Below, piece after piece: positions 46,662 to 57,691 of a stretch of 64,000 bases of DNA. The stretch lies in IMG/VR virus record IMGVR_UViG_3300037067_024426. One strand, 5' to 3'. The translations under genes and the position numbers were made by a program. Origin of the DNA: a virus. Below the pieces are notes generated by a model that did not search any database, was not told where the DNA came from, and worked only from the letters and a program-made list of their open reading frames with translations. The stretch's first letter is position 1. Every line of letters begins with the position of its first letter.

Positions 46662-49600
46662 TTAGAGCAAAACATACCACACTTCAAGTGTGTCAGTAGT
46701 CAAAAGTGAGGGGTTTGAACCACTTACTATGTAAGTAAGATCTTTACCCGAAACACCACCAACTACATAATCAACGCCGTAGGTTAGCTTAACACCGCGA
46801 GCATAGGCTTGAACGGTAGTTGGATCTAATGGACGCGCTGATAGATTAAAAACAGTCTGTCCATCTGAAACGATTGGCAGGATTTCCTGCTTCACAGAAG
46901 TTTGATCAACATCACTTGATCCAAAATAGATTGGATCATCATAAATATTGTTGACAAACAAAGGACGATCGTTTGGTTTTATAGAAGTATCGACAGATCC
47001 GCGCTTCTTCTCAAGTGGTCGACCCCAAATTCTATAACGATCGACAGCGGTATAACCTTCATTCGTACCATTCGCCGAATGTTGAATATCTGTGTCTCGG
47101 AAATAAGCGGGAAGACCCTGTGTAACTATTACTAATTGAAGTTCAGATCCGGAATGAACTTCAATGGAATTCACATTTTCTGGTTGCGATCTGACAAGGT
47201 AAGCCGTAGCAGCAAGAACTGAACCCGTTTCTGAATTCGGTCTAGCCTTAGGCATACGAGACGCAATAACACCACCTGGCCATGGAGGAGTGACAGACCA
47301 AGCGGCACCACCACGTGCAGTCTTGAATTTTGTTACGTCAGAGAAGCTTTGAGTACCATCAACTCGAACAATTGATTCTCCACCAGCACCATTGGTCCCG
47401 CTTGCTTGACCGCAAACAAATTCAACACCTTCCCAAGTAGAAGAACCAGCGGGTGTTGGATTTGTTGGTGCTTGATAAGGTGAGAATACTGTCGTTCCAA
47501 GTGAGATAGCACCAACATTGCTAGTACTTCTCGTTTGATATAACGTCTTTCCAATGAAATCCTTCTCTCGGAACCAAATTCCGAGAGGAAGTTGTGAAAC
47601 ACAACCCATGAACTCCGGGTTTACGTCACGGTCAAAAACTTCAGAGATAGCACCTCTCTTAATGGGAGGTCGAGCTGCCAATGAAGAAGGTAGAACTGGG
47701 AATTTAACAGTAGACCAGTCTTCGAATCCGACCCGATTCAAAGAGAATCGCCGATTCAAATCAACAAGAGTGCCCGTATAATCCGGAGCAGAATTCGGAT
47801 TTTGTATTGGAGTCAAAAGAGGGATCGGATTAGATCCTGAAAGTCTACCACTACCAAGAGATGTTATGAAGTTGACTGAAGCAAGAACTTCATATCCTGT
47901 CTTGTTCGGAAAAGCGAGAGTTTCAACAGGACCGAGAGGATTGGCCGAAATACTCTGAGCTTCAGAGATCGTGAGCGGGCCTAATCTCTGAACGTCATCA
48001 GAATAAGCTGACTGACTTCCGAATACGTCACCTTGATATGGCTGACGACTATAATAAACAGTCAGTTCATTATTCGTTGCATTCAAAGAGAGAGGCGCGG
48101 GAGCTACAATACCGATCTTTTGATCTGAAGTGCCAGTAAAGGAATTGGGCAAAATCGGTAAAGATCCACCACCGGAAGTTCGTGCTACCAAAATACGACC
48201 ATTGGTTTGTAAGAAACCACGATCGAATCCGAATAAGGTGCACTCAATGAGAAACTCTGAATTATCCCATGTAGTGCCTGCCGGAGCCTTTGAGAAATCA
48301 ATCACATCCTTATTCAGGATGAATGTCACATCCCCGTTAGTATCGACGTCCAATAAGAATGTTGGACCATCGAAATCATCATGCATCAAATTCGTATCGG
48401 TACCAGCTCCACCAACGAAAACACGATCAGAGTTGAATGGTGAAGAAGCTGGTTGTACTGGATATGGAGGACTACCCGATGTATTTCGTTTGTAAATCCC
48501 GGTAATACGAGCTGGACCATAGAATGGCGGGAACTGAATTCCCTTAAACGGACCACCATCAACACTTCTTAATTTCGTATTCGTGTATTTTCTACCGAAA
48601 ACTGATGGAAGAGCTCCAGTTCCGTATGTTTCACCAACAATCGGAGTTACAATGTAATAACCAGATCCACTCGGGTAACTAACAAGGTTTCTATTCCAAT
48701 CAGAGGAATCGGATGCACCGAAAGGTCCTTCCTTCGACATAAGAAGGAAGTTTATTCCTGAAGGGAATCTAGTAGTAGTGATAGGAACGATTGGGCAATG
48801 ATGAAGGCCTGGTCTCGGTAAATACTCAATCGGTATTTCAACGTATCGAGATAAAGCTCCCGTATAGAATAAGGTAAGAGGGTCAATCGTTGAATGAACC
48901 ACGGACAAACCATCTTGAGATAACTGAGGCATCGACCCTTGGAAGGTCGAAGCATTTGTCCAATTCAATTGACTACCATCTCTAACAAGAAGAGACGGAA
49001 CTAGAATGTTCCTATATGGTGCTGCATAGACAGTTTTAGCACCAGGATCGATCATAACTTCTGAAGTTCTGGCAATCTCTCTATCATTCCCCGTTTGAAC
49101 AAGCGGTGAGAATGGTAAATAAGTCGGAATCATTCGACTACGATCAGAAAGACCAGATCGAAGAATCACCTTCGATGAATTGGTTGGATCACCACGATAG
49201 TGAACTTGATGTACATAGTCAGCTTTGTGAGAAAGACCACGTCCTGCACCATAGACCACCGCAAAAGAGATGTGCATCGTAGTCTTCGATGCAAGATCTG
49301 CAGTTGCCGGAGAAGGAATGGCGTCAGTAAACTCTTGGAAGAGAGAATTGACAGCACCACTATTCAATGTGATCTCAAGATTCCCATTTGAATCAAGAGA
49401 GACTACTAAACCTTGTCCGTGCTTTAGGATTCGATATCCAGAGATAGTTACAGAAGCCGGATTTGATGCAGATGGAGAGGTTGTAAATGGTTGATTACTT
49501 GGAACCCCACCATTTGGATCAGTTGTCATTCCTTCAAAATGAACTAAGACAGCATCTGGATCTTCTGACGGAAGAATGAATCGAACCTGATCAGCATCAG

Positions 49601-51302
49601 TTGCCGGTAACCCAGCTTGGAAAGTAGAAAGTCCAATGGTGATTTTATCACCATTAAACCACCAAGGAACTGTTCCATTGAGACGGAAACCAGATGGATG
49701 AGATGGAGGCGTAGCCGTCCATTTAGCATCAATAGTGTATGGATTAACAGCAATCTGAATAGAAGAATTCAGGGCTGTCGCATTTGTCGGAACTTGAACA
49801 GGAACATCAAATCTCTCGGTTATGATTGCGTCAGACCAAGCTCTTCTATTCCCATTCGGTCCATCAAGTCTCGATAAACCACCAACAAACACTGAACCAT
49901 CAGTTATTCTATCGCCATAAAGCGTGACAACGCCAGCGGAGTTAGTCGATCCATAACGTTTCCAAGCAGTTCTAAGGTTGCCACGTAAAAGTTCTGTCAG
50001 ATTCGTTTTAAGGATCGAATTATAATCGAATTTACTTGCCACTGAGTGGCGCATGTCCATGACATCAGTTTTAGTAATCTGATCGGCAAAAAGCCCATCT
50101 GGACGCACAGTATATGGAATAAGTTCAACACCAGCTGAGTGAGAACGGATGACAGTCAAGAGTTGACCTCTATCCATCGTCACTACGAATGCGTTTGGTG
50201 CAGTTTGAGTTACATTGCTAACTCGAATAATTTCATCATCGATCTTAAAATATGCTTCACCGAATGAAGTGATTGTTGATAAAACTGTCCCGGTTACACT
50301 TGTTAATGTGAATTGAACATCAGTATTAGTAATATCATTCGGGAGAATGATATCATTTATATAAGTCGTTGCACCAGAGCGTGTAGTAGCAGCGCTATTA
50401 CGATTGAAAGCTCCAGCTAAATTACCGATATCTGAAAAACCGGAACCATTTCTGCGAAATACTGAAAGTAACGGAATAGCATAAACATACCCGTCAACTG
50501 TTCCGAGAACAGTTGGATCTCCATTACCGGCTCTCCAAAGACCGGGATCACCGAGTGCTTCTCTCATATTCTGGAAAGATAAAGCACTAGGTGCGGATAA
50601 AGCTCCTTGAGCAAATACTAAAGTTGGATCAAATCCTTCCGGATATTGAGCTAGATTGATGTCCGAGACAACTCGAATTCTGTACTGAATTTGAACTCGT
50701 TTAGTCGTTTCGTAATTAACATTCGGATCAATTAATTCATCCGGTAAATACGAAAATCCACTTTCAACGTTTCCGAATCTATAAAGAAAACCGCGCTGTG
50801 GTTTACCAGGAGCTATTCCGGATGCTGGGTCAACATCGATTCTCTGAAGCCAGACTTCAAGAAAAGCAAACTCTGCACGGTTTCCACCCGTTGATGTACT
50901 AGGCGGATTGAATTCAATCTTATTCCAAGAATCGGAATTATCCGGAGATAGAGGAGGTTGGCCAGTTCTTGTTCCACTTACAGGAATCGCCCACCCATTC
51001 ACAACAGCCCACTGCAAATCTCGAAGTTCTCCAGTATATTTTTTACCGAAAAACAGGAAATTTGAATAAGTGGGGTCAGTCGTATAATCAGACATCGGGT
51101 TAGACTCATTCATGAGCCAACCTGACGATAATTGAGAACGAACTACCTCTGCCTTCGCATTAAGCTCCATGAGCGAGATAAGGTTCAGTTCTGAATCGAG
51201 AGGAGGTCTATTCCCTTGGAATACGACAACCGCAAACTGACGATCTGTCGCAGAGACCACCCTTGAAACAATAGGGCCTAGAGGCTTGGAAGGCATCAGC
51301 AA
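46662..51302 (-). CDS. Giant structural protein (1546 aa), paralog of 52364..55381
   Basis: Shares RVQIQYRIRVV, LGTVDGYVYAIPLLSVFRRNGSGF and DGLFADQITKTDVMDMR with the 1005-aa protein. The ORF caller starts at TTG; an ATG lies two codons in. My end coordinate disagrees with the track by 1 nt. Confidence 0.6.
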   Translation of the reverse strand: MLMPSKPLGPIVSRVVSATDRQFAVVVFQGNRPPLDSELNLISLMELNAKAEVVRSQLSSGWLMNESNPMSDYTTDPTYSNFLFFGKKYTGELRDLQWAVVNGWAIPVSGTRTGQPPLSPDNSDSWNKIEFNPPSTSTGGNRAEFAFLEVWLQRIDVDPASGIAPGKPQRGFLYRFGNVESGFSYLPDELIDPNVNYETTKRVQIQYRIRVVSDINLAQYPEGFDPTLVFAQGALSAPSALSFQNMREALGDPGLWRAGNGDPTVLGTVDGYVYAIPLLSVFRRNGSGFSDIGNLAGAFNRNSAATTRSGATTYINDIILPNDITNTDVQFTLTSVTGTVLSTITSFGEAYFKIDDEIIRVSNVTQTAPNAFVVTMDRGQLLTVIRSHSAGVELIPYTVRPDGLFADQITKTDVMDMRHSVASKFDYNSILKTNLTELLRGNLRTAWKRYGSTNSAGVVTLYGDRITDGSVFVGGLSRLDGPNGNRRAWSDAIITERFDVPVQVPTNATALNSSIQIAVNPYTIDAKWTATPPSHPSGFRLNGTVPWWFNGDKITIGLSTFQAGLPATDADQVRFILPSEDPDAVLVHFEGMTTDPNGGVPSNQPFTTSPSASNPASVTISGYRILKHGQGLVVSLDSNGNLEITLNSGAVNSLFQEFTDAIPSPATADLASKTTMHISFAVVYGAGRGLSHKADYVHQVHYRGDPTNSSKVILRSGLSDRSRMIPTYLPFSPLVQTGNDREIARTSEVMIDPGAKTVYAAPYRNILVPSLLVRDGSQLNWTNASTFQGSMPQLSQDGLSVVHSTIDPLTLFYTGALSRYVEIPIEYLPRPGLHHCPIVPITTTRFPSGINFLLMSKEGPFGASDSSDWNRNLVSYPSGSGYYIVTPIVGETYGTGALPSVFGRKYTNTKLRSVDGGPFKGIQFPPFYGPARITGIYKRNTSGSPPYPVQPASSPFNSDRVFVGGAGTDTNLMHDDFDGPTFLLDVDTNGDVTFILNKDVIDFSKAPAGTTWDNSEFLIECTLFGFDRGFLQTNGRILVARTSGGGSLPILPNSFTGTSDQKIGIVAPAPLSLNATNNELTVYYSRQPYQGDVFGSQSAYSDDVQRLGPLTISEAQSISANPLGPVETLAFPNKTGYEVLASVNFITSLGSGRLSGSNPIPLLTPIQNPNSAPDYTGTLVDLNRRFSLNRVGFEDWSTVKFPVLPSSLAARPPIKRGAISEVFDRDVNPEFMGCVSQLPLGIWFREKDFIGKTLYQTRSTSNVGAISLGTTVFSPYQAPTNPTPAGSSTWEGVEFVCGQASGTNGAGGESIVRVDGTQSFSDVTKFKTARGGAAWSVTPPWPGGVIASRMPKARPNSETGSVLAATAYLVRSQPENVNSIEVHSGSELQLVIVTQGLPAYFRDTDIQHSANGTNEGYTAVDRYRIWGRPLEKKRGSVDTSIKPNDRPLFVNNIYDDPIYFGSSDVDQTSVKQEILPIVSDGQTVFNLSARPLDPTTVQAYARGVKLTYGVDYVVGGVSGKDLTYIVSGSNPSLLTTDTLEVWYVLL

Positions 51303-51485
51303 TCCTCTTTCATGAGAAATCCATCCCTCTTTGCGAACCCTATTGCATTAAAATTAAATATGTTCTTCATGGGGCTCTCAGTATGAGTCCTCAAGAGGTA
51401 ACTCGCTACCTAAAGAGTGAGATAATCCGACAAAAAATCAGCATTAGCGGGTTACCGCCTTTGATGATCATACCGGACTTTCAAC

Positions 51486-52364
51486 TCAGGTCGGGAGTGA
51501 GACTACGGAATCGTGTAACAAAAGCCAATCCGATAAATATTTCGATGTCGTAGAAATATTTTTAAATCGGAGTCTAATGTCACTACCCCCAAAAAGAGCT
51601 AAATCTAATCTTGAATCGGAAGTAGGGGAAGCCAGATGAAGAGCCGCAACAGATGAAGCATTGTGAGCGACCCCATCATTCCGAGTTACGATTAGAGTAT
51701 TGGAAAAAATGCCATCAACTTGCATCATCTCGTCATCTATGACGATCATGAATGGAAATGAAGTTGGATAACCACCAGCATTCGCGACACCGAAACTAGT
51801 ATCACCAGGACCAATCGGTCCGGACGTTACTAAAGATTCATATCCTAAGATGAAAACTTCGAAATTACTTGGATTGAATGCAATGAAATCAGCGGCATTC
51901 ACATCATAGTTGTATAGAAGTTGTGGTGGCTGCGGAGTGTCACTCGGATCTCCCGGATTAGAATAGAGAGTGAATCCATACCAATGAACAAAAATTGCTG
52001 AAGTATCAACAGGGATAATTATCGGATTTGTTAGAACATACCCATTCGGAAGTATTTCAACTCGTTTACCGGGCCCAAATGAATAGTAAAGACATCTATT
52101 TAAATCGATTCCAGGGGATATAAGGAAATCGGCGGGTGAAATTAATTCATCATATACAGTATATGTAAGATTGACAGTTGCAGCTAATTGAGTTCTGAAA
52201 GCTCTCAATTTCTCATCGATCAAATCTTGAAATATTCCAGTTTTAGCCTTTACCGTAAGACCGTCTGGAACATCAACTAAATATCTCCCCGAGACAGAAA
52301 AACGAACAGGCTCTGCATGAGCACTTCTAACTGAGTTATCAGATCTATTAACCAAGAATTTCAT
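51486..52364 (-). CDS. Hypothetical structural-module protein
   Basis: A 292-aa ORF. Its start overlaps the stop of the upstream giant gene. Confidence 0.5.
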   Translation of the reverse strand: MKFLVNRSDNSVRSAHAEPVRFSVSGRYLVDVPDGLTVKAKTGIFQDLIDEKLRAFRTQLAATVNLTYTVYDELISPADFLISPGIDLNRCLYYSFGPGKRVEILPNGYVLTNPIIIPVDTSAIFVHWYGFTLYSNPGDPSDTPQPPQLLYNYDVNAADFIAFNPSNFEVFILGYESLVTSGPIGPGDTSFGVANAGGYPTSFPFMIVIDDEMMQVDGIFSNTLIVTRNDGVAHNASSVAALHLASPTSDSRLDLALFGGSDIRLRFKNISTTSKYLSDWLLLHDSVVSLPT

Positions 52365-55300
52365 TAGTAATCAGACCTTCTTGGGTTCATCATGTTCCCG
52401 CGAATTCTAAATATCCCTGCTGCTGAATCGCTGGCATCAGTAGTAAGGGTTATCTTATTGTTAACATCATACTCTATCCAAGCAGAGAAAACAACAAGAA
52501 CAAGTGTTCCCTTACGACCAATACCACCAGGAAGATTTATGAAATCTTCTTTCAATTCCATGATGGCTGGATAAGCAACTTTATGTCTACGTCCAAATGA
52601 AAGTTCTTGAGAGTAGACAACAGGAGAATATTTAGAAGGTAGAAGAGGATCTCTCGATTTTGGCCAGAAGTGCCGTCCTTCAGCATCAATCACATCATCA
52701 AGTGCACCTCTGTATAAAGTCACATCTCCAGGGTTTGGTGCATATGGAACTGAAACAGCTAGAGTGATGAATCCAGTGTTGATATCGAAATTTAAGAGAT
52801 ATACGTCTGCCGGGGCATCCAAACGTGCCTCTGGATAATCAGGGATAGGAGTGGATCCGACCGGAATTTGAGCACCAGGAGATATAAATGGAAAACAGTC
52901 ATCAGCGCTTCCAGGACCCGAAGCGATGATGTTCATCATTTTTCCAAGAGCTCTCGGAGTCAAATTGAGAGTTTGGGATCCCGCTGGAGGAAGAAGACTC
53001 TGCATCGCTGCAGAGCGATAAAAGAAGTTATATGAATTTGTTGATGAAGTTAGAGGGTATGGGGCACGATAAGCAACATAAATGATGTTTATCATTGCTC
53101 CTATTGGAACCGGACTTATCTCAACTCTTGTAAAAGCTGTGTTGAATGTGTAATTATCAGTTATATATGGATCACCGAAACCATCAGATATTTGAATAAA
53201 ATCACCGGTAAGTCGTTCCGGAATGAGAACGTATGAAACTCCGGAGACTTCCCCATCAGCGTTAAATCCGAGAACGAGATTTAACGTTGAAAGATCTCCA
53301 ACAACAGATCCGATTCCAACATAACCAACTGATGAAGTTATTCGTATATGATAATCCCCAGGAATAACTCCAGGGACTACCGTCGCAATTAAATTCAGAG
53401 ACCAGAAAACAAATCCATTATTTAGGTCAAAAGCTATTTGATTCTTATCGGTAAGAGGTCCTGAAGTGACATCTATTTGAACAAATCCAGCACCAGGATT
53501 ATCTCTTACATATAAAGTAAAATTGACTGTCGTGTCAACGAATTGACTTATATCCGTTCCTGTCAGTTCGTAAACTGTTGAAACAGATGGGGCGACAGCA
53601 ATTGCTGAAAAAGTAGGAGCTCGAGGATCAGATAAGCTCTCTGGTGTTCTGTGACGAATAGCAACTTCTCTATGACCTAGGTCAGCCCACCATTGAGCGC
53701 CATCATAAAGAGTAACAGGATCTGGCGGAAGAAGACTTCTACTTACATCAGAAGTAGAAACCCAACCGGTTGTATCAACCCAAGACGGTAAAGGAGGAGA
53801 AGCGGCTGTCCAAAGTTGATATGCTTCAACGATATTACGTCTTACTCCACTGTTTACTGGATACTCAATAGCTAACTCAGCGTATAATGAAACATTTGAT
53901 TGACTAATATTCCAATTTATTATTACTTCATCAATGCCTGGACCGGTACCGATGTCGTAAAGAATAGAAGTAATATGAACCGGACTTGTTGGATCCAGCA
54001 TATTATCTGAAGTATAACCTGATCCTGGTGCGTATATTCTTAAACTAACAAGTCTTATTATTGAAGTTCCGACGGGTGCTCGTGTAAGAACATTTATCGG
54101 TGTCGTATCCCAAGAGAGAGTTAAACTAGATAAACTGAAAGTGGCAGTGCTTACCGGAGTACTGCCAATATCAATTCTAGCGACAATTGTATCGGTAATT
54201 GGTCGATCACTAAAATAACGTCGAATACCATCCGGATTTCCCGAATGTTCAGAATTCCCGACGTTTTCTCTATAAAGATAGGAAGTTCCAACAGTCCCTT
54301 GACTAGAAACTTCACCATGAGTCGTCATGGAATTATCAAGAACTTGTTGAAAAGATTTCTCAAGAAGCTCTTCAAAATTCGAAGAACACCCACGTCTTAA
54401 ATCAACAACATCAGTTTCTACGATTGAATCCGAAAAAAGTCCGTCTGGACGATCTGATAAACCAGAAGCTATGAGAGCAGCTCCATTCATATTCGAAATT
54501 CGATTGAACGGAGCGCTATTTCGTCTCATTACTGCGCAAACAGGAACAGCAAACATGAAACCATCAACTGTTCCTAAAGCTGTAGCACTAGTTAAATCTC
54601 CAGTTCCAGCCACCCAAAGACCTTTATCATCATCAAATGATAGATAATTATATGTAGTTGGGGCTCCATCAACGCCAGGACCAGAAAAATCAGATACAGA
54701 ATTTGCAACAACTAATGGATCATCTATCCCATCTATATATGAAGAAATATTGATGCCTGGAATAATACGAAGTCTATATTGAATCTGAACTCTAGCGTTC
54801 GATTCTACTGCATAACTTGGATCAACTAGATCATCAGTTAAATCAGTAGCAACAGGTGCTTTTACGTTTCCATAACGAAAAATACCGGCTGCAGAACTCT
54901 TATTTGCAATATTCGGAGTGGCCCGTAAGAGAGCTCTCCAAACTTCAAGAATTACTAAATCCGTTCTTGTTCCACTAACTGGAGGAACAGGAAAAGGTAA
55001 TATATTGATACCTGGACTAGTACTATTGGTTAGATCTATATGAAGATGCCATCCATTGATGAGAACATCTGTCGCCAGCATTCCGACGATATTTTCAGAA
55101 CCAGGGACCGGACCAGGATAAAGAAAAGATCCTGATGGGCTAGAACGCTCTAAGAAATCACCACCAAGAAAGCATGACGTAGAAAAACGTTGATTGGAAC
55201 GCTTTAGACCGTAATCAGAAGCTATCTGATTCCTGAGATTCATCTCCCAGTCAATGACCGGAGCATCTGTTTGAATTACAACAGATTCATATGATCGGTC

Positions 55301-55381
55301 TTCACCGGAGAAAGCACCTCCAGTGCCCGCGTCAGATGGGTTCTCCGAAACATTCGGTCCGTAATTTCTATAACCATCCAT
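52364..55381 (-). CDS. Giant structural protein (1005 aa), paralog of 46662..51302
   Basis: Contains RVQIQYRLRII, LGTVDGFMFAVPVCAVMRRNSAPF and DGLFSDSIVETDVVDLRRG. The N-terminal INGW..VSGTRTD..LEVWRALL segment is also shared. Confidence 0.6.
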   Translation of the reverse strand: MDGYRNYGPNVSENPSDAGTGGAFSGEDRSYESVVIQTDAPVIDWEMNLRNQIASDYGLKRSNQRFSTSCFLGGDFLERSSPSGSFLYPGPVPGSENIVGMLATDVLINGWHLHIDLTNSTSPGINILPFPVPPVSGTRTDLVILEVWRALLRATPNIANKSSAAGIFRYGNVKAPVATDLTDDLVDPSYAVESNARVQIQYRLRIIPGINISSYIDGIDDPLVVANSVSDFSGPGVDGAPTTYNYLSFDDDKGLWVAGTGDLTSATALGTVDGFMFAVPVCAVMRRNSAPFNRISNMNGAALIASGLSDRPDGLFSDSIVETDVVDLRRGCSSNFEELLEKSFQQVLDNSMTTHGEVSSQGTVGTSYLYRENVGNSEHSGNPDGIRRYFSDRPITDTIVARIDIGSTPVSTATFSLSSLTLSWDTTPINVLTRAPVGTSIIRLVSLRIYAPGSGYTSDNMLDPTSPVHITSILYDIGTGPGIDEVIINWNISQSNVSLYAELAIEYPVNSGVRRNIVEAYQLWTAASPPLPSWVDTTGWVSTSDVSRSLLPPDPVTLYDGAQWWADLGHREVAIRHRTPESLSDPRAPTFSAIAVAPSVSTVYELTGTDISQFVDTTVNFTLYVRDNPGAGFVQIDVTSGPLTDKNQIAFDLNNGFVFWSLNLIATVVPGVIPGDYHIRITSSVGYVGIGSVVGDLSTLNLVLGFNADGEVSGVSYVLIPERLTGDFIQISDGFGDPYITDNYTFNTAFTRVEISPVPIGAMINIIYVAYRAPYPLTSSTNSYNFFYRSAAMQSLLPPAGSQTLNLTPRALGKMMNIIASGPGSADDCFPFISPGAQIPVGSTPIPDYPEARLDAPADVYLLNFDINTGFITLAVSVPYAPNPGDVTLYRGALDDVIDAEGRHFWPKSRDPLLPSKYSPVVYSQELSFGRRHKVAYPAIMELKEDFINLPGGIGRKGTLVLVVFSAWIEYDVNNKITLTTDASDSAAGIFRIRGNMMNPRRSDY

Positions 55382-55422
55382 TGATGACTTCCCTCGAAAA
55401 TGGAGGGCTATCGAATTAGGCC

Positions 55423-55812
55423 TCAGTCGTCGTCACTATCTTCGTCCTCGTCGTCCAAATCTTCTTCACCGTCGTCGTCATCGTCGTCATCATCTTCTTC
55501 TTCGTCTTCTTCGTCTTCCGAATCCGATTCAGGAGATTCACTGATAACTACAACAATGCCTTCGTCATTAAGTTTCTGAACAATTAACTCCCAAAGAGTT
55601 TCCCCATCGTCAGAATCCCAATCATCGATTATTTCACTAACGTAATCGAAGAATTCTTCACCTAAAGAATCTTCAATTTCTTCCAACTGTTCATCAGTGA
55701 AACAATCGACCACGTTTTCGCATAGTGATGATTTATCATCATCGCTATCGATAGCATCTTGGATTGCTATAACTAAGGCATCATATTTACGACGTTCAAC
55801 AACTACTTTCAT
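55423..55812 (-). CDS. Hyper-acidic small protein with a poly-Asp/Glu tail
   Basis: 129 aa ending ..SDSEDEEDEEEDDDDDDDDGEEDLDDEDEDSDDD. Confidence 0.5.
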   Translation of the reverse strand: MKVVVERRKYDALVIAIQDAIDSDDDKSSLCENVVDCFTDEQLEEIEDSLGEEFFDYVSEIIDDWDSDDGETLWELIVQKLNDEGIVVVISESPESDSEDEEDEEEDDDDDDDDGEEDLDDEDEDSDDD

Positions 55813-55831
55813 AGACAGTCCTGTGAAATAA

Positions 55832-56503
55832 TCAGAAGGTAAGACGCCAAGTAAAACTAAGCGTCGAAGTTGCGGGTTTATTCAAGACTTTAAAAGTCTT
55901 GTAATTACCGAGCATATCCTTACCTGTCACATCGACAGTTGTATCATAAATCCCATTTGGAGGGAGAATTGGATTACGATTGGCCATATTAGTGTCGATA
56001 TCACCACCAAGAATGCCCATCTCAACAAGAGGTCCAACCGCTTCAGATTCCGAATAAGTAGTAGTGAAATCGATTATATTAGTTGGGATCCCAGAAATTG
56101 TCCCTTCAGCATCAACGTATTCGGAAACTTGTAATTGCTTACGAGCAATTTCGTTATATAAAGAGCGCTGGCTAACTGTAGCAACTGGAGGATTCTGAAG
56201 ATCCCAACCAACATCTCCAGTACCGACTGCAAGAGCATAACATCCGAATCTTGGTTCAGAAACATTCGGAGTTGGAGTACTCTTCATCAATCTTGCTACA
56301 AGAATGCTTGCATCGAGAGTGACTGTGTTTTCCCAACACCCGCTATCTTGAAGCTCACCGGTTTTACCGTCACGAAGCTCCCAAAAAATTATGCCAAATA
56401 AAATCGATCGACAAGTGTCGTTTTCTCTGACGTGAAGTCCGAGATTACCCGCATCTGCGGTTTTACGAAAAGTGTCTCTTGCACTTAGTATTCTTTTAGT
56501 CAT
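55832..56503 (-). CDS. Hypothetical structural-module protein
   Basis: A 223-aa ORF. Confidence 0.5.
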   Translation of the reverse strand: MTKRILSARDTFRKTADAGNLGLHVRENDTCRSILFGIIFWELRDGKTGELQDSGCWENTVTLDASILVARLMKSTPTPNVSEPRFGCYALAVGTGDVGWDLQNPPVATVSQRSLYNEIARKQLQVSEYVDAEGTISGIPTNIIDFTTTYSESEAVGPLVEMGILGGDIDTNMANRNPILPPNGIYDTTVDVTGKDMLGNYKTFKVLNKPATSTLSFTWRLTF

Positions 56504-56526
56504 CTCAGTCCTTCAACGAAACCTTA

Positions 56527-56991
56527 CTAGGGAATCTTAATGATTGTTGTCGGTCCTGGAGGGATCGTTTGAGTTAGAATTGCCGTAATAAGATATTCTT
56601 TCGGCTGTGTCCTATAAAGAGGTAGATTGGTTCTCGATAAATTTGAAGCCCCCCACCCAGGACTGCCGCCTCCGAATCTAAAAATCCTACTCGTTTTTTC
56701 TTGAGGACGTTGATAATAATCCCCAGCCCTGACAGAAAATTTAATAGAAGATAGATCGATTTCGTTTACTGAACTACCATTAAATAACGCCGGAGAAAAG
56801 AAAATAGCTCCAGGTGAACCTGAAAGTGGACCAGAAATCGGTAATCCGCTAAAAACAGAAAGTGGAGCTCGCCCGAAAGGAACTCCAGGCGGAACGACAT
56901 ATGCCGGATCAAGAAATACTTTAACTTGTATTTCTTGATCTGAACCGCCCCAGGGACCTGATCCCCATGGAGTTTTGCCGTATCCTGACAT
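56527..56991 (-). CDS. Hypothetical Gly/Pro-rich protein
   Basis: MSGYGKTPWGSGPWGG.. Confidence 0.45.
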   Translation of the reverse strand: MSGYGKTPWGSGPWGGSDQEIQVKVFLDPAYVVPPGVPFGRAPLSVFSGLPISGPLSGSPGAIFFSPALFNGSSVNEIDLSSIKFSVRAGDYYQRPQEKTSRIFRFGGGSPGWGASNLSRTNLPLYRTQPKEYLITAILTQTIPPGPTTIIKIP

Positions 56992-57004
56992 GTAAGTTCT
57001 CTAC

Positions 57005-57691
57005 TTAAAAAGACGTGGAATCGTAGTACCGATTAAAAATCTTCTTCGTTGCAAGTCGTTGTGAATCATTCGGTTGAGCTGAAAGAGCAATTACACAACC
57101 AATTTTGGCTGCCCAGTCACGACCCGGATAACCTGCATAATAACCATCAATGCCTCCAACACAAAATTGAGATACTACACCAGCGTTTGAAGCCTCAATC
57201 ATGTGTATTCCCGGTGATACTGTATCGGTTAAAACGCAATCAACATACCTATCTATCGATTGACTTGGATAAAGTGCGCTATTACCTGCGTATCCAGTGA
57301 TAGCCTGCATTCCAACATTAGTTACTATTACTGATGGATAGTCACTAAATGGGAGACTAGGCATCGTAACTAATGTTATGAAAGTCTTCACATAAGAAGG
57401 AACTATTACTGAGTTAGCTCTCAGAGATTTACCAGCTGGAGCTGCTGAATATAATGCTTTTCTATTATTGATTAAACCAAGTATGAATCGATTTGATGAA
57501 CTATTTGATAATAAATTATATCCAGACATACTTGGCCATTTATCTACATTCCCTGATGTATCAAGTATTAATTGATCGCCAATCCAAGCATCGATAAAAC
57601 TAAGACTGAATATATCAACTAAATTTCGATAAAGCCATATAGGTGATATGGTCACTCCACCAGGAACTGAGAGTTGACCAGGTATGCTCAT
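57005..57691 (-). CDS. Hypothetical structural-module protein
   Basis: A 228-aa ORF. Its ATG overlaps the TGA of the collagen-like gene. Confidence 0.5.
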   Translation of the reverse strand: MSIPGQLSVPGGVTISPIWLYRNLVDIFSLSFIDAWIGDQLILDTSGNVDKWPSMSGYNLLSNSSSNRFILGLINNRKALYSAAPAGKSLRANSVIVPSYVKTFITLVTMPSLPFSDYPSVIVTNVGMQAITGYAGNSALYPSQSIDRYVDCVLTDTVSPGIHMIEASNAGVVSQFCVGGIDGYYAGYPGRDWAAKIGCVIALSAQPNDSQRLATKKIFNRYYDSTSF

